Of a DNA stretch of 63,328 nucleotides, positions 26,457 through 36,653 are shown piece after piece; positions within the stretch are counted from its first letter, which is position 1; the number at the start of each line of letters is the position of its first letter. The DNA lies in contig JBDLJX010000003.1 of NCBI GenBank assembly GCA_039714155.1, positions 1-63,328 of the forward strand, given 5' to 3'. Under the pieces are notes generated by a model. It was not told the DNA's origin. It ran no database searches and saw only the letters and a program-made list of their open reading frames with translations. The DNA comes from Pseudomonadota bacterium (GTDB lineage: Bacteria; Pseudomonadota; Gammaproteobacteria; UBA9214). The position numbers were made by a program, and so were the translations under genes.

Positions 26457-27329
26457 ATGCACTGGTTTTACCTGACCCTGTTATCGGCCTTCTTTCTGGC
26501 CACGGCGGACACCGTAACCAAGCGTTACCTGTCACACTACCCGGCCAGCGAACTGGTACTGGTGCGCTTTGGTGCCTGTGGCGCATTGTTACTGCCGCTG
26601 TTGTTCCTGCAACCCTGGCCGGCCCTGCCGGCGCCATTCTGGGGCTGGGTGGCCGCCCTGCTGCCCTTCGAGATTCTCGCCATGTGGCTGTATATGAAGG
26701 CCATCCGCAAATCACCATTGTCACTGACCCTGCCCTACCTGGCGTTTACCCCGGTCTTCAATACGGTGACCGGCTATGTACTGCTGGGCGAGACCGTGAC
26801 ACTACAGGGCTTTTCGGGAATTGCACTGGTCGTGTGCGGGGCCTGGCTGCTGAATCTCGATGCGCTGCGCATCGATCGCGGCTGGAATGTACTGTCGCCC
26901 TTTCGTGCAATCAGCGATGAGCCCGGTTCACGCCTGATGCTGATTGTGGCAGCGCTCTACAGCCTGACCTCGGTCATGGGCAAGGGTGCACTGCAGTATG
27001 TGCCGCCGGGTTTCTTCGGCCCGTTTTATTTCGTGCTGCTGGGACTGGCGACAGCCATCATCTTTGCCCGGCGCGACGTCAAACCCTGGCAGGTGCTGAC
27101 CCGACACCCCTGGGCCCATCTCGGTGTCGGGCTGTTCATGGGCCTGATGGTGCTGACACATTTCTATGCCATTCAACACGTCGAGGTCGCCTACATGATT
27201 GCCGTGAAACGCACCAGCCTGCTGTTCGGCATGTTGTACGGGGCGTGGCTGTTCAGGGAAACCGGACTGGCATGGAATTTTGCAGCCGGTCTGTTGATGG
27301 TGCTGGGTGTCTATCTGATTGCGGGCTGA
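26457..27329 (+). CDS. EamA/DMT family transporter
   Basis: ~10 TM helices, duplicated halves, LGE..T...G..L..G motif. Confidence 0.88.
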   Translation: MHWFYLTLLSAFFLATADTVTKRYLSHYPASELVLVRFGACGALLLPLLFLQPWPALPAPFWGWVAALLPFEILAMWLYMKAIRKSPLSLTLPYLAFTPVFNTVTGYVLLGETVTLQGFSGIALVVCGAWLLNLDALRIDRGWNVLSPFRAISDEPGSRLMLIVAALYSLTSVMGKGALQYVPPGFFGPFYFVLLGLATAIIFARRDVKPWQVLTRHPWAHLGVGLFMGLMVLTHFYAIQHVEVAYMIAVKRTSLLFGMLYGAWLFRETGLAWNFAAGLLMVLGVYLIAG

Positions 27330-27373
27330 TAAAAAACCTGATGGTTCTTCCAGAATAATCCGTGTTGCCAACT

Positions 27374-27643
27374 TCACTTTACGGTTAATGATTTCTTTTT
27401 TTTCTCCCCGACATCTTCCACCTGCCAGCTAATCCGGATATTGAGCCGGTTGTGATTCTCTTCCCGGGTAGCGGTAATCTTGAGGTCCAGCAGACCCTCA
27501 GGCCTCATGGCAATTTTTTCATTCTCATCGCTGAAGGTAATTTTCCCCCTGGCAATACCGCTGGTGATGGACTTCAGAATATCCTGAATGGATTTTTCAT
27601 CCTGCAGTGACTGGTGGCGGAAACTTCTTTTCCCACTTCTCAT
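27374..27643 (-). CDS. Amphi-Trp domain protein (GAK system)
   Basis: Amphipathic helix, G.ITF, ..L.I.ISW ending. Confidence 0.85.
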   Translation of the reverse strand: MRSGKRSFRHQSLQDEKSIQDILKSITSGIARGKITFSDENEKIAMRPEGLLDLKITATREENHNRLNIRISWQVEDVGEKKKKSLTVK

Positions 27644-27702
27644 TTTTTACATATCCGTTGCCAGCATTCCCCGTTAACTGTGTCAGGCCCGGGAATGACA
27701 GT

Positions 27703-29037
27703 TTAGTGACTGATTGATGCCGGTTCAAAAACCTTGATATAAGGATAGTCGGTACTGATCCCCATCACCAGCCCTTCGGGTCTGAAGATAGTGACCGCCG
27801 CCCCTTGCCCTTCAAGCCCCTCTTTTTCCCTTGAGTTGCGGTCCAGCGTGGTATCGCATTCGAAATTGACGATGCCTTTCCTCAACATAACCCGCTGTCC
27901 ATGCAACAGGTTACGATGCCCGTGAACAATAGCATGCACACCGCTTTTTTTTCTGAGCATCCTGACACCATACCGGGTCAGGGGCATGTCTACCGGACGA
28001 TACTTGGTGCGAATAATATTGGCCATGGGGCCATAGTAGAAATCAAACGGGTCCCTGTACATTTGCCTCCGGAATTTCCGGTTGAGATGTTTCATGCCTT
28101 TTTCACTGATCAATTTCGCCATTCGGTCATCAATACCGGCGTGGACAAAAATAAAAGAACCTTCACGGCAACCAAGCTTCATACGTTTGTAAAACCACGC
28201 GTATTCACCTTTTGAATGTAAAAACAACTCCTGCCATTTCCTTGCAGCAGCGTACACCATACGCAGGGACAACCCTGCCTTCTCGCAATCCGCTTCGAAA
28301 TTCTCAAGCTTCTTGCGTAATCTCTGCACCTCACGCTCGATCGTCGAATCCGGCATCGCCCATACAGCCTGTTGTGGAAACTCCCGGAACCAGTTTTTCG
28401 AAGGATAGAGCCGTCGCCTGCATTCACGGCTACCCGGCACATCGTGCAATGCATCTTTTCCCTGCAGGTACCGGTCACGAATCTCGGTCAGGAAAGGAAT
28501 CACCTTGGGCCCCATGCGAATAAAAAAATGGTCGATTCTCGGGTCCGGCTCCATCCCGGCTGCCTTTATTCCAAGCATCATGCGGATATCATGATTACCG
28601 GCCAGCAGTTGCACGTCACCACCGCGATCAATCAGCAGTCGGATGACACGCAACAGTCGCAGTGCGCTTGGGCCCTTGTCAAAACAGTCGCCGCCGATAA
28701 GAAAACGCGCCTTCCTCCCGGCCCTGGTGAGCTTGAAATCCTTGTCTCCTGGCCCGGTTTTTTTCACACCGCCAGAGGCAACCAGTGAGGCGATAAAGGC
28801 ATCGGCATCGGCATGCAAATCGGAGATGAAATACACGGTCCGTTTCGGCCATACCCATGGCTCCCGGCCGATAGCCTTGCGCATTTCCTGCACATAGGCA
28901 GCACTGTGGTATTTGTCTTTTCTAACGGAAAGCTGTTTGCCCAGCATCCAGACCTGTCCCTGCCCCGGGAGGCTGGCCTTGATCCAGGATTCTCCCCTGT
29001 AACGCGGCAGGTATATATGTGAATTCTCCAGCTGCAT
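27703..29037 (-). CDS. Calcineurin-like metallophosphoesterase
   Basis: SDLHAD, GDCFDKG, GNHD, FVHAG, HGH; ATG 29037 preferred over 29151. Confidence 0.85.
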   Translation of the reverse strand: MQLENSHIYLPRYRGESWIKASLPGQGQVWMLGKQLSVRKDKYHSAAYVQEMRKAIGREPWVWPKRTVYFISDLHADADAFIASLVASGGVKKTGPGDKDFKLTRAGRKARFLIGGDCFDKGPSALRLLRVIRLLIDRGGDVQLLAGNHDIRMMLGIKAAGMEPDPRIDHFFIRMGPKVIPFLTEIRDRYLQGKDALHDVPGSRECRRRLYPSKNWFREFPQQAVWAMPDSTIEREVQRLRKKLENFEADCEKAGLSLRMVYAAARKWQELFLHSKGEYAWFYKRMKLGCREGSFIFVHAGIDDRMAKLISEKGMKHLNRKFRRQMYRDPFDFYYGPMANIIRTKYRPVDMPLTRYGVRMLRKKSGVHAIVHGHRNLLHGQRVMLRKGIVNFECDTTLDRNSREKEGLEGQGAAVTIFRPEGLVMGISTDYPYIKVFEPASISH

Positions 29038-29051
29038 GACCTGTTTCCCGC

Positions 29052-29753
29052 CTAGTCCGTGAAGCTGCTCTGTATGGTGCGCACCTTCCAGTCTCCCCCG
29101 ACATGGCGCCATTGCCCCCCGGGAAGATATTCGATCATGACCGGCCGGCAATGATGCATGCTGAGCTGCCTGAGTTGTTCAATCCCGAGCACACCAAGAT
29201 GGTACGCCGCATGACGAAAGGCAGCACCATGGCCCATGAAGATCTTTACACTGTCGTACTTTTCGCGTGGCAGTGCAGCCATGCATTGTGCCAGGTGTCC
29301 AGCCACCCGCTCGCCGGCCTCCAGCAGGGATTCGGCACCCTGTAACGGCAGACGGTAATGACTGTCCGCCTTCCAGTCATCAGGCGGATCGGAAACCCGC
29401 GGATCCTGCTGCAGGACCGCCTCGATCTGTGCTGTCGTGAGGTTGGCCAGGCAGCCGACACCTCTTTCAGCCAGCTCGTCATAACTCTCGATACGCAGCG
29501 TGGATGAAACCAGGTCGGCAAGCCTGTCAGCAAATATCACTGCAGTCTGCCAGGCACGAAGCATACGGGATGAATCAATGGAGGGTACCAGGGTCCAGTC
29601 ATTCCGGACGATCATGTCTTTCAGGGCTTGCGCACCTTCCTGCGCCCGGGTTTCTCCTTCGCGATTGAGTGGATACGGTTGGTGGGCACTGGGGGTATCC
29701 GGCAACTGCTGATAATCGCCATGTCGGATCAGGGCTGCAATGATTCTACCCAT
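29052..29753 (-). CDS. Histidine phosphatase family protein
   Basis: LIRHGDY, SSRMLRAWQTA, ELAERG, GHGA. Confidence 0.85.
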   Translation of the reverse strand: MGRIIAALIRHGDYQQLPDTPSAHQPYPLNREGETRAQEGAQALKDMIVRNDWTLVPSIDSSRMLRAWQTAVIFADRLADLVSSTLRIESYDELAERGVGCLANLTTAQIEAVLQQDPRVSDPPDDWKADSHYRLPLQGAESLLEAGERVAGHLAQCMAALPREKYDSVKIFMGHGAAFRHAAYHLGVLGIEQLRQLSMHHCRPVMIEYLPGGQWRHVGGDWKVRTIQSSFTD

Positions 29754-29756
29754 ATT

Positions 29757-30722
29757 TCAGAGCATAGCTGCCAGTTTGATAACCAACGGCCGCAGTTCCT
29801 CCTGCTTCAGCTGACTGGCTGCCTTTTCCGGGCTCACCCACTGACGCCCCCGGTGGCGTTCCTCCCACTCCTCATCCGGTATGACACGGGTTACTTTCAT
29901 TGGATATACAGCCACGGTACAGGTGGCGCCCCACTTTTCACATGTGTAGCTGCCGAGCGCGGTATCCGCAACCTCCCCTTCGATACCCGCCTCTTCCATT
30001 GCTTCCTTTGCGGCTGATTCCTGTGGTGAAAGCCCCGGGTCCTTGATGCCTTTCGGGACCACCAGATGATGTTGCTTACTGGACGCTATGACCAGTATTT
30101 CCGGTTTCCCGTCACGCATACGGTATGGAATCACGGATGACTGGGTATAGTAGTAAGCGGGCCGGTCACGCCAATCCTTGCCGTCCGGCGCCGGGTAGGG
30201 AAATTTCTTCGGCAACGTTTCAGGACGCGTAATGGAGTCAAGACGGGCGCATCCGGCGATCAGTGCACGCCAGTCAGCCGGCATCTTTAATCTGGCCAGA
30301 GTCGCTGTCGGCAACAGTTTGCCATCCTCCGGCGCCGGAACCGCTGCGCTCGCCAGCCAGACAAGCAACTCCTCCAGCCCCGGGTTATGTCCTACCAGCA
30401 TGACCCGGCCCGCGGTATCCGGGCAATCACCGAGTACCGCAAGCAATTCATCAATATCAGCTGCGTAAATACGCTTGTCCTGCTGTATCCCCTCGTCGCC
30501 CCTACCCATGGCCTTGCAGGCCTTCTGGGCCGTGACCAGCGCACGTTCCGCAGACGATGTGACAATAAGGTCAGGTACCATTTTCTGCTGCGCGAGCCAT
30601 ACCCCGATGCGCTGGGCACCCCGTTTGCCGCGGTCCTTCAGCGGGCGATGATAATCATCAACGCCGGTATTCCAGTCGGACTTGCCGTGGCGCAGCAGCA
30701 GCAGTTCACGTGTCATGATCAT
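29757..30722 (-). CDS. SixA-like histidine phosphatase fused to a NUDIX (DIPP-like) domain
   Basis: LLRHGKSDW...RPL..RG, VGHNPGL; C-terminal VIPYR...PKG...AAKEAMEEAG. Confidence 0.88.
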   Translation of the reverse strand: MIMTRELLLLRHGKSDWNTGVDDYHRPLKDRGKRGAQRIGVWLAQQKMVPDLIVTSSAERALVTAQKACKAMGRGDEGIQQDKRIYAADIDELLAVLGDCPDTAGRVMLVGHNPGLEELLVWLASAAVPAPEDGKLLPTATLARLKMPADWRALIAGCARLDSITRPETLPKKFPYPAPDGKDWRDRPAYYYTQSSVIPYRMRDGKPEILVIASSKQHHLVVPKGIKDPGLSPQESAAKEAMEEAGIEGEVADTALGSYTCEKWGATCTVAVYPMKVTRVIPDEEWEERHRGRQWVSPEKAASQLKQEELRPLVIKLAAML

Positions 30723-30782
30723 TTAAGCTCCTGTTATCCGCTCAGACCAGAATGGCACTTAAACTTAAGCACATGCTACTCA

Positions 30783-30924
30783 TTCAGTCTGAAAAAGAAT
30801 CATATTATCGCCACGGAATCCACGGAAAAACACGGAAATATAAATGCATTAAAAGACATTTTTCCGTGTCCTTTCGTGGATTCCGTGGCCAATTGGATAT
30901 TTATAATAGATGACACCAGTTGAG
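30783..30924. mobile_element. Inverted, degenerate family E element (core hairpin 30810-30889)
   Basis: Core is the near reverse complement of 23922-24000. Confidence 0.7.
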
Positions 30925-30938
30925 TAAGCAGCCTTCGC

Positions 30939-32027
30939 TCAGGCCAGTATCTCATGCAAACAGCACTCTGACAGGGCGGAAAAATCTACCCGCCCCCTGG
31001 CCACATAGACAGCAACACCTTCAAGTGCATCCAGATAGGCGGCTTCATCAAAGGCTGTCGTATCTTCCAGGAAGGTGCCATCCGGATACTGGTAGAACGG
31101 ACCGGGAGATTTCATCAAGGCACCCAGCAGGTCACGGTGTGCTGCCAGATCCACCTGCTCGACTTTCAGCTCCGTCTCACTGCCACGCTGCCAGTCAAGT
31201 ATCAGGAATGCCTCCAGGGGAGCCTCCGTTATGATCCGCCCGGGTCCGTAGACCCTGTCAATATGTACATCGTATTTTTCCTCGAGCTCCCAAAGCTCTG
31301 CACCTGGCAACTGCAGCAGCGCCTCGCGCTGTTGCGCAGGAATGAGGCTGTGCAGTTTTTGATTATGGACGATGGTACCGGGATTGATGCGCGGTAATTT
31401 CGGTATTCCGCGCGCCAGTATCTGGCCGGAACCGGCATGGATAAACAAACGATCGTTGGTCAGGTAGGACACCTCGTCATTGTCCAGCAGATGCAGCATC
31501 AGGGTAGACTTGCCACCACCGGAGAACCCGGCAATGCCGATGCCCTTGCCCCGGTAGACCAGCCCCGCTGCATGACAAATCAGCCAGCCCCGGTGTTGCA
31601 GCCAGTTCATGTACTGGGAGTTGATGAAATTGATCACCTGGTTGTTGTATTTCAGGCACGGACCAGCGGCGATCCGGTGACGCTCACTTTGCAAAAAAAC
31701 CATACCGGTACGCACCTTGCGAACCAGGCGTCCGCCCGGCAGGTCCGCATAGGAATCCTTGCGTCCGGTCTTGCCCGGCTCGCGTTTCCAGTCGATAAAG
31801 TCGATATCCAGCTCGGGCGCATCGCGTTCAATGGCAATGATGTCGACGTCCGGCGTCATTGCCTCGCTTGCGACATGCGAGAAATAATCGGCAAGGTCTG
31901 CCAGCAGTTCCGTGGAATTGGAGCGCAACCTCAGCATACATCCATCGAGCGCAAGATACAGTTCATCAGCGCACAAACGTGCTTCACCCTGCAATGCGCT
32001 CACGGCAGATTCTTCTGTGTAGCCCAT
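30939..32027 (-). CDS. HprK-related kinase B (GAK system)
   Basis: HAAGL......IAGFSGGGKSTL.L, NDRLF, PKLPRINPGTI; ATG 32027. Confidence 0.88.
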   Translation of the reverse strand: MGYTEESAVSALQGEARLCADELYLALDGCMLRLRSNSTELLADLADYFSHVASEAMTPDVDIIAIERDAPELDIDFIDWKREPGKTGRKDSYADLPGGRLVRKVRTGMVFLQSERHRIAAGPCLKYNNQVINFINSQYMNWLQHRGWLICHAAGLVYRGKGIGIAGFSGGGKSTLMLHLLDNDEVSYLTNDRLFIHAGSGQILARGIPKLPRINPGTIVHNQKLHSLIPAQQREALLQLPGAELWELEEKYDVHIDRVYGPGRIITEAPLEAFLILDWQRGSETELKVEQVDLAAHRDLLGALMKSPGPFYQYPDGTFLEDTTAFDEAAYLDALEGVAVYVARGRVDFSALSECCLHEILA

Positions 32028-32046
32028 CGTCGTGCCCCTCTCTTTC

Positions 32047-32937
32047 TCATGCCTCGAGTTGACGCAGCACATGTTCTGCATACAAACCGGCGGCATCGAT
32101 GCCAATCCCTTCGAGCGCACCACGGAAACCCCCGAATGCCGAGACTTCGAAAACAATCGGACCCTCATTTGTTTCGGCAACATCGACCGTGGTGAAGTCC
32201 ATATCAAACAGCGCCTGCGCCTGTTGTGCAAACTCTATCACCGCATCCGGCGGTGTATGCGCGGCATACCTGCCGCCACTGTGTATGGTCGTGTTCCAGG
32301 CATCGTCCCTCGACACCCTGGCATAGCTGCCGAGATATTCACCATCCAGGAACACCATCCCCAGGTCCCGGCCTGGCAGGTCGATTTTCTGCTGGATATA
32401 CATCATGGGATTGTCCACCTGAAAGGCGCGAATCTCACGCTCGATCTCGGCGTGGTCCCGGTGCGCGTCGATCACACACATGCCACGTGCCTTGGTGGAA
32501 TACAGGGGCTTGAAGACCGCACTGCCAAAATCCTGTACGGCCGTTAGCGCGGCCCCGACATCCTCGGTGACCCGGGTTGCCGGCATGGGAATGCCGGCGT
32601 TACGCAGGGTTACGGTACAGCTCAGGCGATCGATCAGACGCAGGATATGCTCCGCCCGGCTGAAGACCCGGACTCCGGCCTGCTCGGCCACGCGCAGCAG
32701 TTCCAGGCGATCCAGGGTATTGGGGTTGTAGCTGGCACTGATCTTTTTGACAATCAGGGCATCCAGCTGACACAAATCCTGATCCTGGAATAACAGGCGC
32801 TGCCGTTCCAGATCGAGGCTGACGCCAGCCATATCGATCACCAGCCGGTAGCCGGTCCTTGCCGCAACGGCATCGGCCAGGGTTTCCGTGGACCATTTCC
32901 CCGCTATGCCGATAACACCGATTTTGTATTCAGCCAA
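32047..32937 (-). CDS. GAK system ATP-grasp enzyme (RimK-like)
   Basis: IGVIG..GKWSTE.LADAV, DRLSCTVTL, KPLYSTKARGM, WNTTIHSGG, FEVSAFGGF; TTG start after AAGGAG. Confidence 0.9.
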   Translation of the reverse strand: MAEYKIGVIGIAGKWSTETLADAVAARTGYRLVIDMAGVSLDLERQRLLFQDQDLCQLDALIVKKISASYNPNTLDRLELLRVAEQAGVRVFSRAEHILRLIDRLSCTVTLRNAGIPMPATRVTEDVGAALTAVQDFGSAVFKPLYSTKARGMCVIDAHRDHAEIEREIRAFQVDNPMMYIQQKIDLPGRDLGMVFLDGEYLGSYARVSRDDAWNTTIHSGGRYAAHTPPDAVIEFAQQAQALFDMDFTTVDVAETNEGPIVFEVSAFGGFRGALEGIGIDAAGLYAEHVLRQLEA

Positions 32938-34570
32938 TGAAAATCTCCTTGACCGGAACACGAAACGATGCCGGATCCTTCAGGTCTGCAGCCAGCACCT
33001 GCTCGAGCAGGTAACGCGCACGCAGGAACATGGCGCGTGCCAGTGACTTGTCAAGGATAAACCGTGTCGATGTGGCAAACGAGCGCGCCAGCCCCAGGGC
33101 CAGGCGCAGCTCAAAGGTCCTGTCACCGGATTTCCCGGCATAGGCCGCTGCAAAACGGTAGAAATCCTGCGTCAGTATCAGGATACGTTTGCGTAGTGGT
33201 GCGTCGAAAATCTGCAGGCGGTAATTGGACACCATAAAAACCGATACATCCTGTACATAGTCCATGTAACGCGAACGATGCAGGTCAATGAAATTGATTT
33301 TCTTCTCCAGCGGGTCGTAGATGATGTTATCCACATTGAAATCGCCATGGATATAGACTGAAAATGGCGCCCTGATCCCGGCTTCGAGACGATGCGCCTG
33401 CTTCAGCAATGCGCCAAACGAAGCAACGGATTTGCCACAGATACAGCAGCCATCCTGCCGAAACTCCGGATGGATGGTATACACCTCCTCCAGGCGCCTT
33501 GAGAGTTGCCGCATGTAACCGGCGGCAACCGGTTTGCCGGTACGGGTCTCGCGCCATACCTTTCCCAGGGTACGGTTCAGCTGCTTCAGGGTCTGCCTGA
33601 GCAGACGGGTCGGCTCATGCAGTAATATCTGCTCGAATGTCTGTCCGGCCAGATGCTCAATCAATAACGAGGCAGACTGCCCGCGCTTGTGGTAGGAAAG
33701 AATCCTCGGCGCCAGACCCGGGTATATTTCCTGCCAGCTGTTCAGGCCCCTGCGCTCCTCCCGCAACTTGCGCTTCTTGCCGTCCTTGTAGATGGCTACA
33801 TAACCGGTATCTTCCTGGCCCGTTGCGCTGATACCGGAAATGCCGCTGCCTGAACGGGTTTCCGCAATCGGCTCGACCACCAGGTCTGCAGAGTTATTTG
33901 CCGTATCCAGCTGTTCCATTGAGGCACGCAGGGAATGGTAGCGATCAATGTTGATGGGCTGCCCCAGATTGGCGGATATAATGGCTTCGCTGATATTAAG
34001 CATGGCATCCCCCATCTGCTCAATGCCATGGACCAGGAACAGTCCCGCCACCAGGTCTTCCGTATGTTTCTTGCGCTTCAGTCCCGCGGTGTATTTTTTT
34101 ACCAGTTTTTGGCTGGCCTTGTCCAGGCTCGGCTTGATCCGGCCGATCTTGAGGGCCAGCCGGGTGTCATTTCGACGAATCGCAGGTTCAATCCGGTCAA
34201 GTCCCCTGCTGATTCCGCCCAGCATGGTTTTACAGGTGCCGGCGCCAGTGCAACGCCTGTTTTGCAGCTGATCCAGTTGCTGGATACATTCACGGCACAA
34301 GCCGGTGATACGTTCCAGGTCTGTCGCAATGGATTCAATGGCCCGCAGTGAAGCAATATCTGTACCTGATTCGCCGGCCTTGATGACCTGGTGGTGGCAG
34401 CTGTCGTGTATCCGCAGCATGAGATTATAGGCATAGCCGCTGCGGTCAAGAATACGCCGGGCAACGCTTGCCGAGGGGGTATCAAGATAGGCCTGTAGAT
34501 TGGAGACCTGGGACCCGACCTCGGCAATCAGGAAGCGGAGATTGTTGCGTATATTCTTCGAAATTCTCAT
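32930..34570 (-). CDS. PhoU-like domain fused to an APH/choline-kinase-like phosphotransferase
   Basis: N-terminal ATDLERI / IEQMGD PhoU-like repeats; HGDFNVDN and FIDL kinase motifs. Confidence 0.82.
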   Translation of the reverse strand: MRISKNIRNNLRFLIAEVGSQVSNLQAYLDTPSASVARRILDRSGYAYNLMLRIHDSCHHQVIKAGESGTDIASLRAIESIATDLERITGLCRECIQQLDQLQNRRCTGAGTCKTMLGGISRGLDRIEPAIRRNDTRLALKIGRIKPSLDKASQKLVKKYTAGLKRKKHTEDLVAGLFLVHGIEQMGDAMLNISEAIISANLGQPINIDRYHSLRASMEQLDTANNSADLVVEPIAETRSGSGISGISATGQEDTGYVAIYKDGKKRKLREERRGLNSWQEIYPGLAPRILSYHKRGQSASLLIEHLAGQTFEQILLHEPTRLLRQTLKQLNRTLGKVWRETRTGKPVAAGYMRQLSRRLEEVYTIHPEFRQDGCCICGKSVASFGALLKQAHRLEAGIRAPFSVYIHGDFNVDNIIYDPLEKKINFIDLHRSRYMDYVQDVSVFMVSNYRLQIFDAPLRKRILILTQDFYRFAAAYAGKSGDRTFELRLALGLARSFATSTRFILDKSLARAMFLRARYLLEQVLAADLKDPASFRVPVKEIFIG

Positions 34571-35043
34571 TACCAGTCGATGGTCCCCAGATAGACGGTG
34601 CCTGTGCCCTCGCTGGAATCCGCCAGGTACGGGGCCAGTGACCTCGGGTAAAGCGGCATGCCCGCAAGCTCGTCCAGCCTCGCCCAGACTACCTCTACCT
34701 GGTGCTTGTCCGGGTGGTGGCCGTTTATGGGCGCATAGTCATCAGGAACCGTGCACGCGAACAGAAACTCGACCAGGTGACGTGTGCCCCCGGGCGGTGT
34801 GTCCCGCGGCTTGAAACAGTCTGCCACGCAGACAAGTTCGCGGATTTCCACCCGGGTGCCGATTTCCTCCATGCATTCACGGTGCAGCGCCTGTTCCAGG
34901 GTCTCCCCGGGATCCTGGCCACCTCCCGGTAATGCAAACCGCTCACCCTCTTCATAGCCATCCTTGCGCAGCAGCAGGATGTGATTGTCCTGCAGAATCA
35001 GTGCGCGGGCAGCATTGCGTATCGGTGGGATAATCGATTCCAT
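34570..35043 (-). CDS. NUDIX hydrolase
   Basis: LPGGGQDPGETLEQALHRECMEEIG Nudix box. Confidence 0.9.
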   Translation of the reverse strand: MESIIPPIRNAARALILQDNHILLLRKDGYEEGERFALPGGGQDPGETLEQALHRECMEEIGTRVEIRELVCVADCFKPRDTPPGGTRHLVEFLFACTVPDDYAPINGHHPDKHQVEVVWARLDELAGMPLYPRSLAPYLADSSEGTGTVYLGTIDW

Positions 35044-35194
35044 TGGTCCACTGAAGTGGTTATTTTATTGCAATACCCAATCATACCAGTCAAATACCCG
35101 TATTATTGATAATAACCTGTGTAAACCAGCTTCACCCGGGAGCCTGTATCAAACAGGTCCACAAACGATCCTGAATGACTAAACGGACCTGACT

Positions 35195-36397
35195 GTGCCA
35201 GCACATAACCCCCTCAGAATCACCCGTACTGTACGAATACCTGACCGGGTGCGACTCAGTCGCTATCTGAAAACACCCGAACTGGGACCACGCATTTTGT
35301 TTTTCAGTGGCGGCACGGCCCTCACCGCTACGAGCCGTGTTTTAAAGCGCTACACGCACAACTCCATACACCTGGTCACCCCCTTTGATTCCGGTGGCAG
35401 CTCGGCAAAGCTGCGACAGGCCTTCTCCATGCCATCGATTGGCGACCTCCGCAGCCGGCTGGTAGCCCTCGCAGATGAAAACATTACCGGCCATCCGGAG
35501 GTTTACCAGTTATTCACCTATCGCTTTCCCGCCGATCAACCGGCCCGTGACCTGTTGGCCAGGCTCGACCTGATGAGCAGGGGCAAGGAACCGCTGGTGG
35601 CAGCCATCTCCAACCCCATGCGCCGTCTCATCCGCAACCAGCTGGGTTATTTCCGCAAGGCGATGCCGGATGATTTCGATCTGCGTGGCGCCAGCACCGG
35701 CAACCTGATTCTTGCCGGTGGCTACCTGAATAACCACAAGCATCTGGACCCGATCATTTTCCTGTTCTCGAAGCTGGTCAATGTACTGGGCACGGTACGC
35801 ACCGTGGTCAATGATAATCTGCACCTGGCGGCAGAGCTGGAGGATGGCAGTTACGTGACCGGCCAGCATCGGCTGACCGGCAAGGAAGTCGCACCATTGG
35901 GGTCCCCCGTCAGCCGGCTGTTCCTGTCCAGTCATCCCGACAAGCCCGTAGCCGCGAAAGCGGAAATGCGCAAAAAGAACCGCAGACTGATCCAGCAGGC
36001 AGAGCTCATCTGCTACCCTCCCGGCAGTTTCTATACGAGCCTGATAGCCAACCTGCTGCCGACAGGAGTTGGTTCAGCCATCGCCGGAACCGATTGCCCG
36101 AAAGTCTACATTCCCAACCTCGGGCAGGACCCGGAACAAATCGGTATGACCCTGGACAGTTCCGTACGGACCCTGCTCGATTACCTGCGTGCCGATAACA
36201 CGGACAAGTGTCCCAACGGGAAACTGCTGAATTTTGTGCTTATTGACAGCAAGCGGGGCAAATACCAATCATCACTGTCAACCCCGCTGATGCAGGAAGC
36301 GGCTATCCGGATCATCGATACCCGGCTGATCAGCAAACACAGTGCGCCTTATTATGATGCTGAACTGCTGGCTTCGGCCCTGCTGTCCCTGACATAG
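35195..36397 (+). CDS. GAK system CofD-like protein (CofD/UPF0052 family)
   Basis: FFSGGTAL, TPFDSGGSS..LR......GDLRSRL, GNLILAGGY, YPPGSFYTS, YIPN. Confidence 0.9.
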   Translation: MPAHNPLRITRTVRIPDRVRLSRYLKTPELGPRILFFSGGTALTATSRVLKRYTHNSIHLVTPFDSGGSSAKLRQAFSMPSIGDLRSRLVALADENITGHPEVYQLFTYRFPADQPARDLLARLDLMSRGKEPLVAAISNPMRRLIRNQLGYFRKAMPDDFDLRGASTGNLILAGGYLNNHKHLDPIIFLFSKLVNVLGTVRTVVNDNLHLAAELEDGSYVTGQHRLTGKEVAPLGSPVSRLFLSSHPDKPVAAKAEMRKKNRRLIQQAELICYPPGSFYTSLIANLLPTGVGSAIAGTDCPKVYIPNLGQDPEQIGMTLDSSVRTLLDYLRADNTDKCPNGKLLNFVLIDSKRGKYQSSLSTPLMQEAAIRIIDTRLISKHSAPYYDAELLASALLSLT

Positions 36398-36469
36398 GGG
36401 GTTGCGCTGATTGGTGGCAAGAACCTGCCCGGTTTCCAGGCAAGACATTTACAATACGAAATTGCCCTA

Positions 36470-36630
36470 GCCCGCACTTCTCACCGCGGGGCGAGATGAT
36501 CGCGCAGAGATTTGGATTCACAGCGCATTTTCTGAAGGAGCGGAATACGGACTGTATTTCCGACTGAAGAAAATCCGCTGTGGATTCAAAGATCAAGTGA
36601 GGGCTCGTCATCGTGGTGAGAAATGCGGGC
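36470..36630 (+). mobile_element. Full-length 161 bp ERIC-like palindromic element (subfamily B)
   Basis: Terminal IRs gcccgcacttctcacc / ggtgagaaatgcgggc, nested internal hairpin, flanked by TA and TG. Confidence 0.8.
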
Positions 36631-36653
36631 TGAGTCCGATTCCGGGAGCGGGA

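Noticed and set aside
35064-35114. AT-rich mini-palindromes (TATTGCAATA, TATTATTGATAATA) in the GAK divergent promoter
   Set aside because: Short and AT-rich; no matching second instance in the window
36597-36653. N-terminal extension MRARHRGEKCGL of the acyltransferase ORF
   Set aside because: Encoded by the ERIC-like element, not the gene; the same peptide appears in the spurious 19078 ORF
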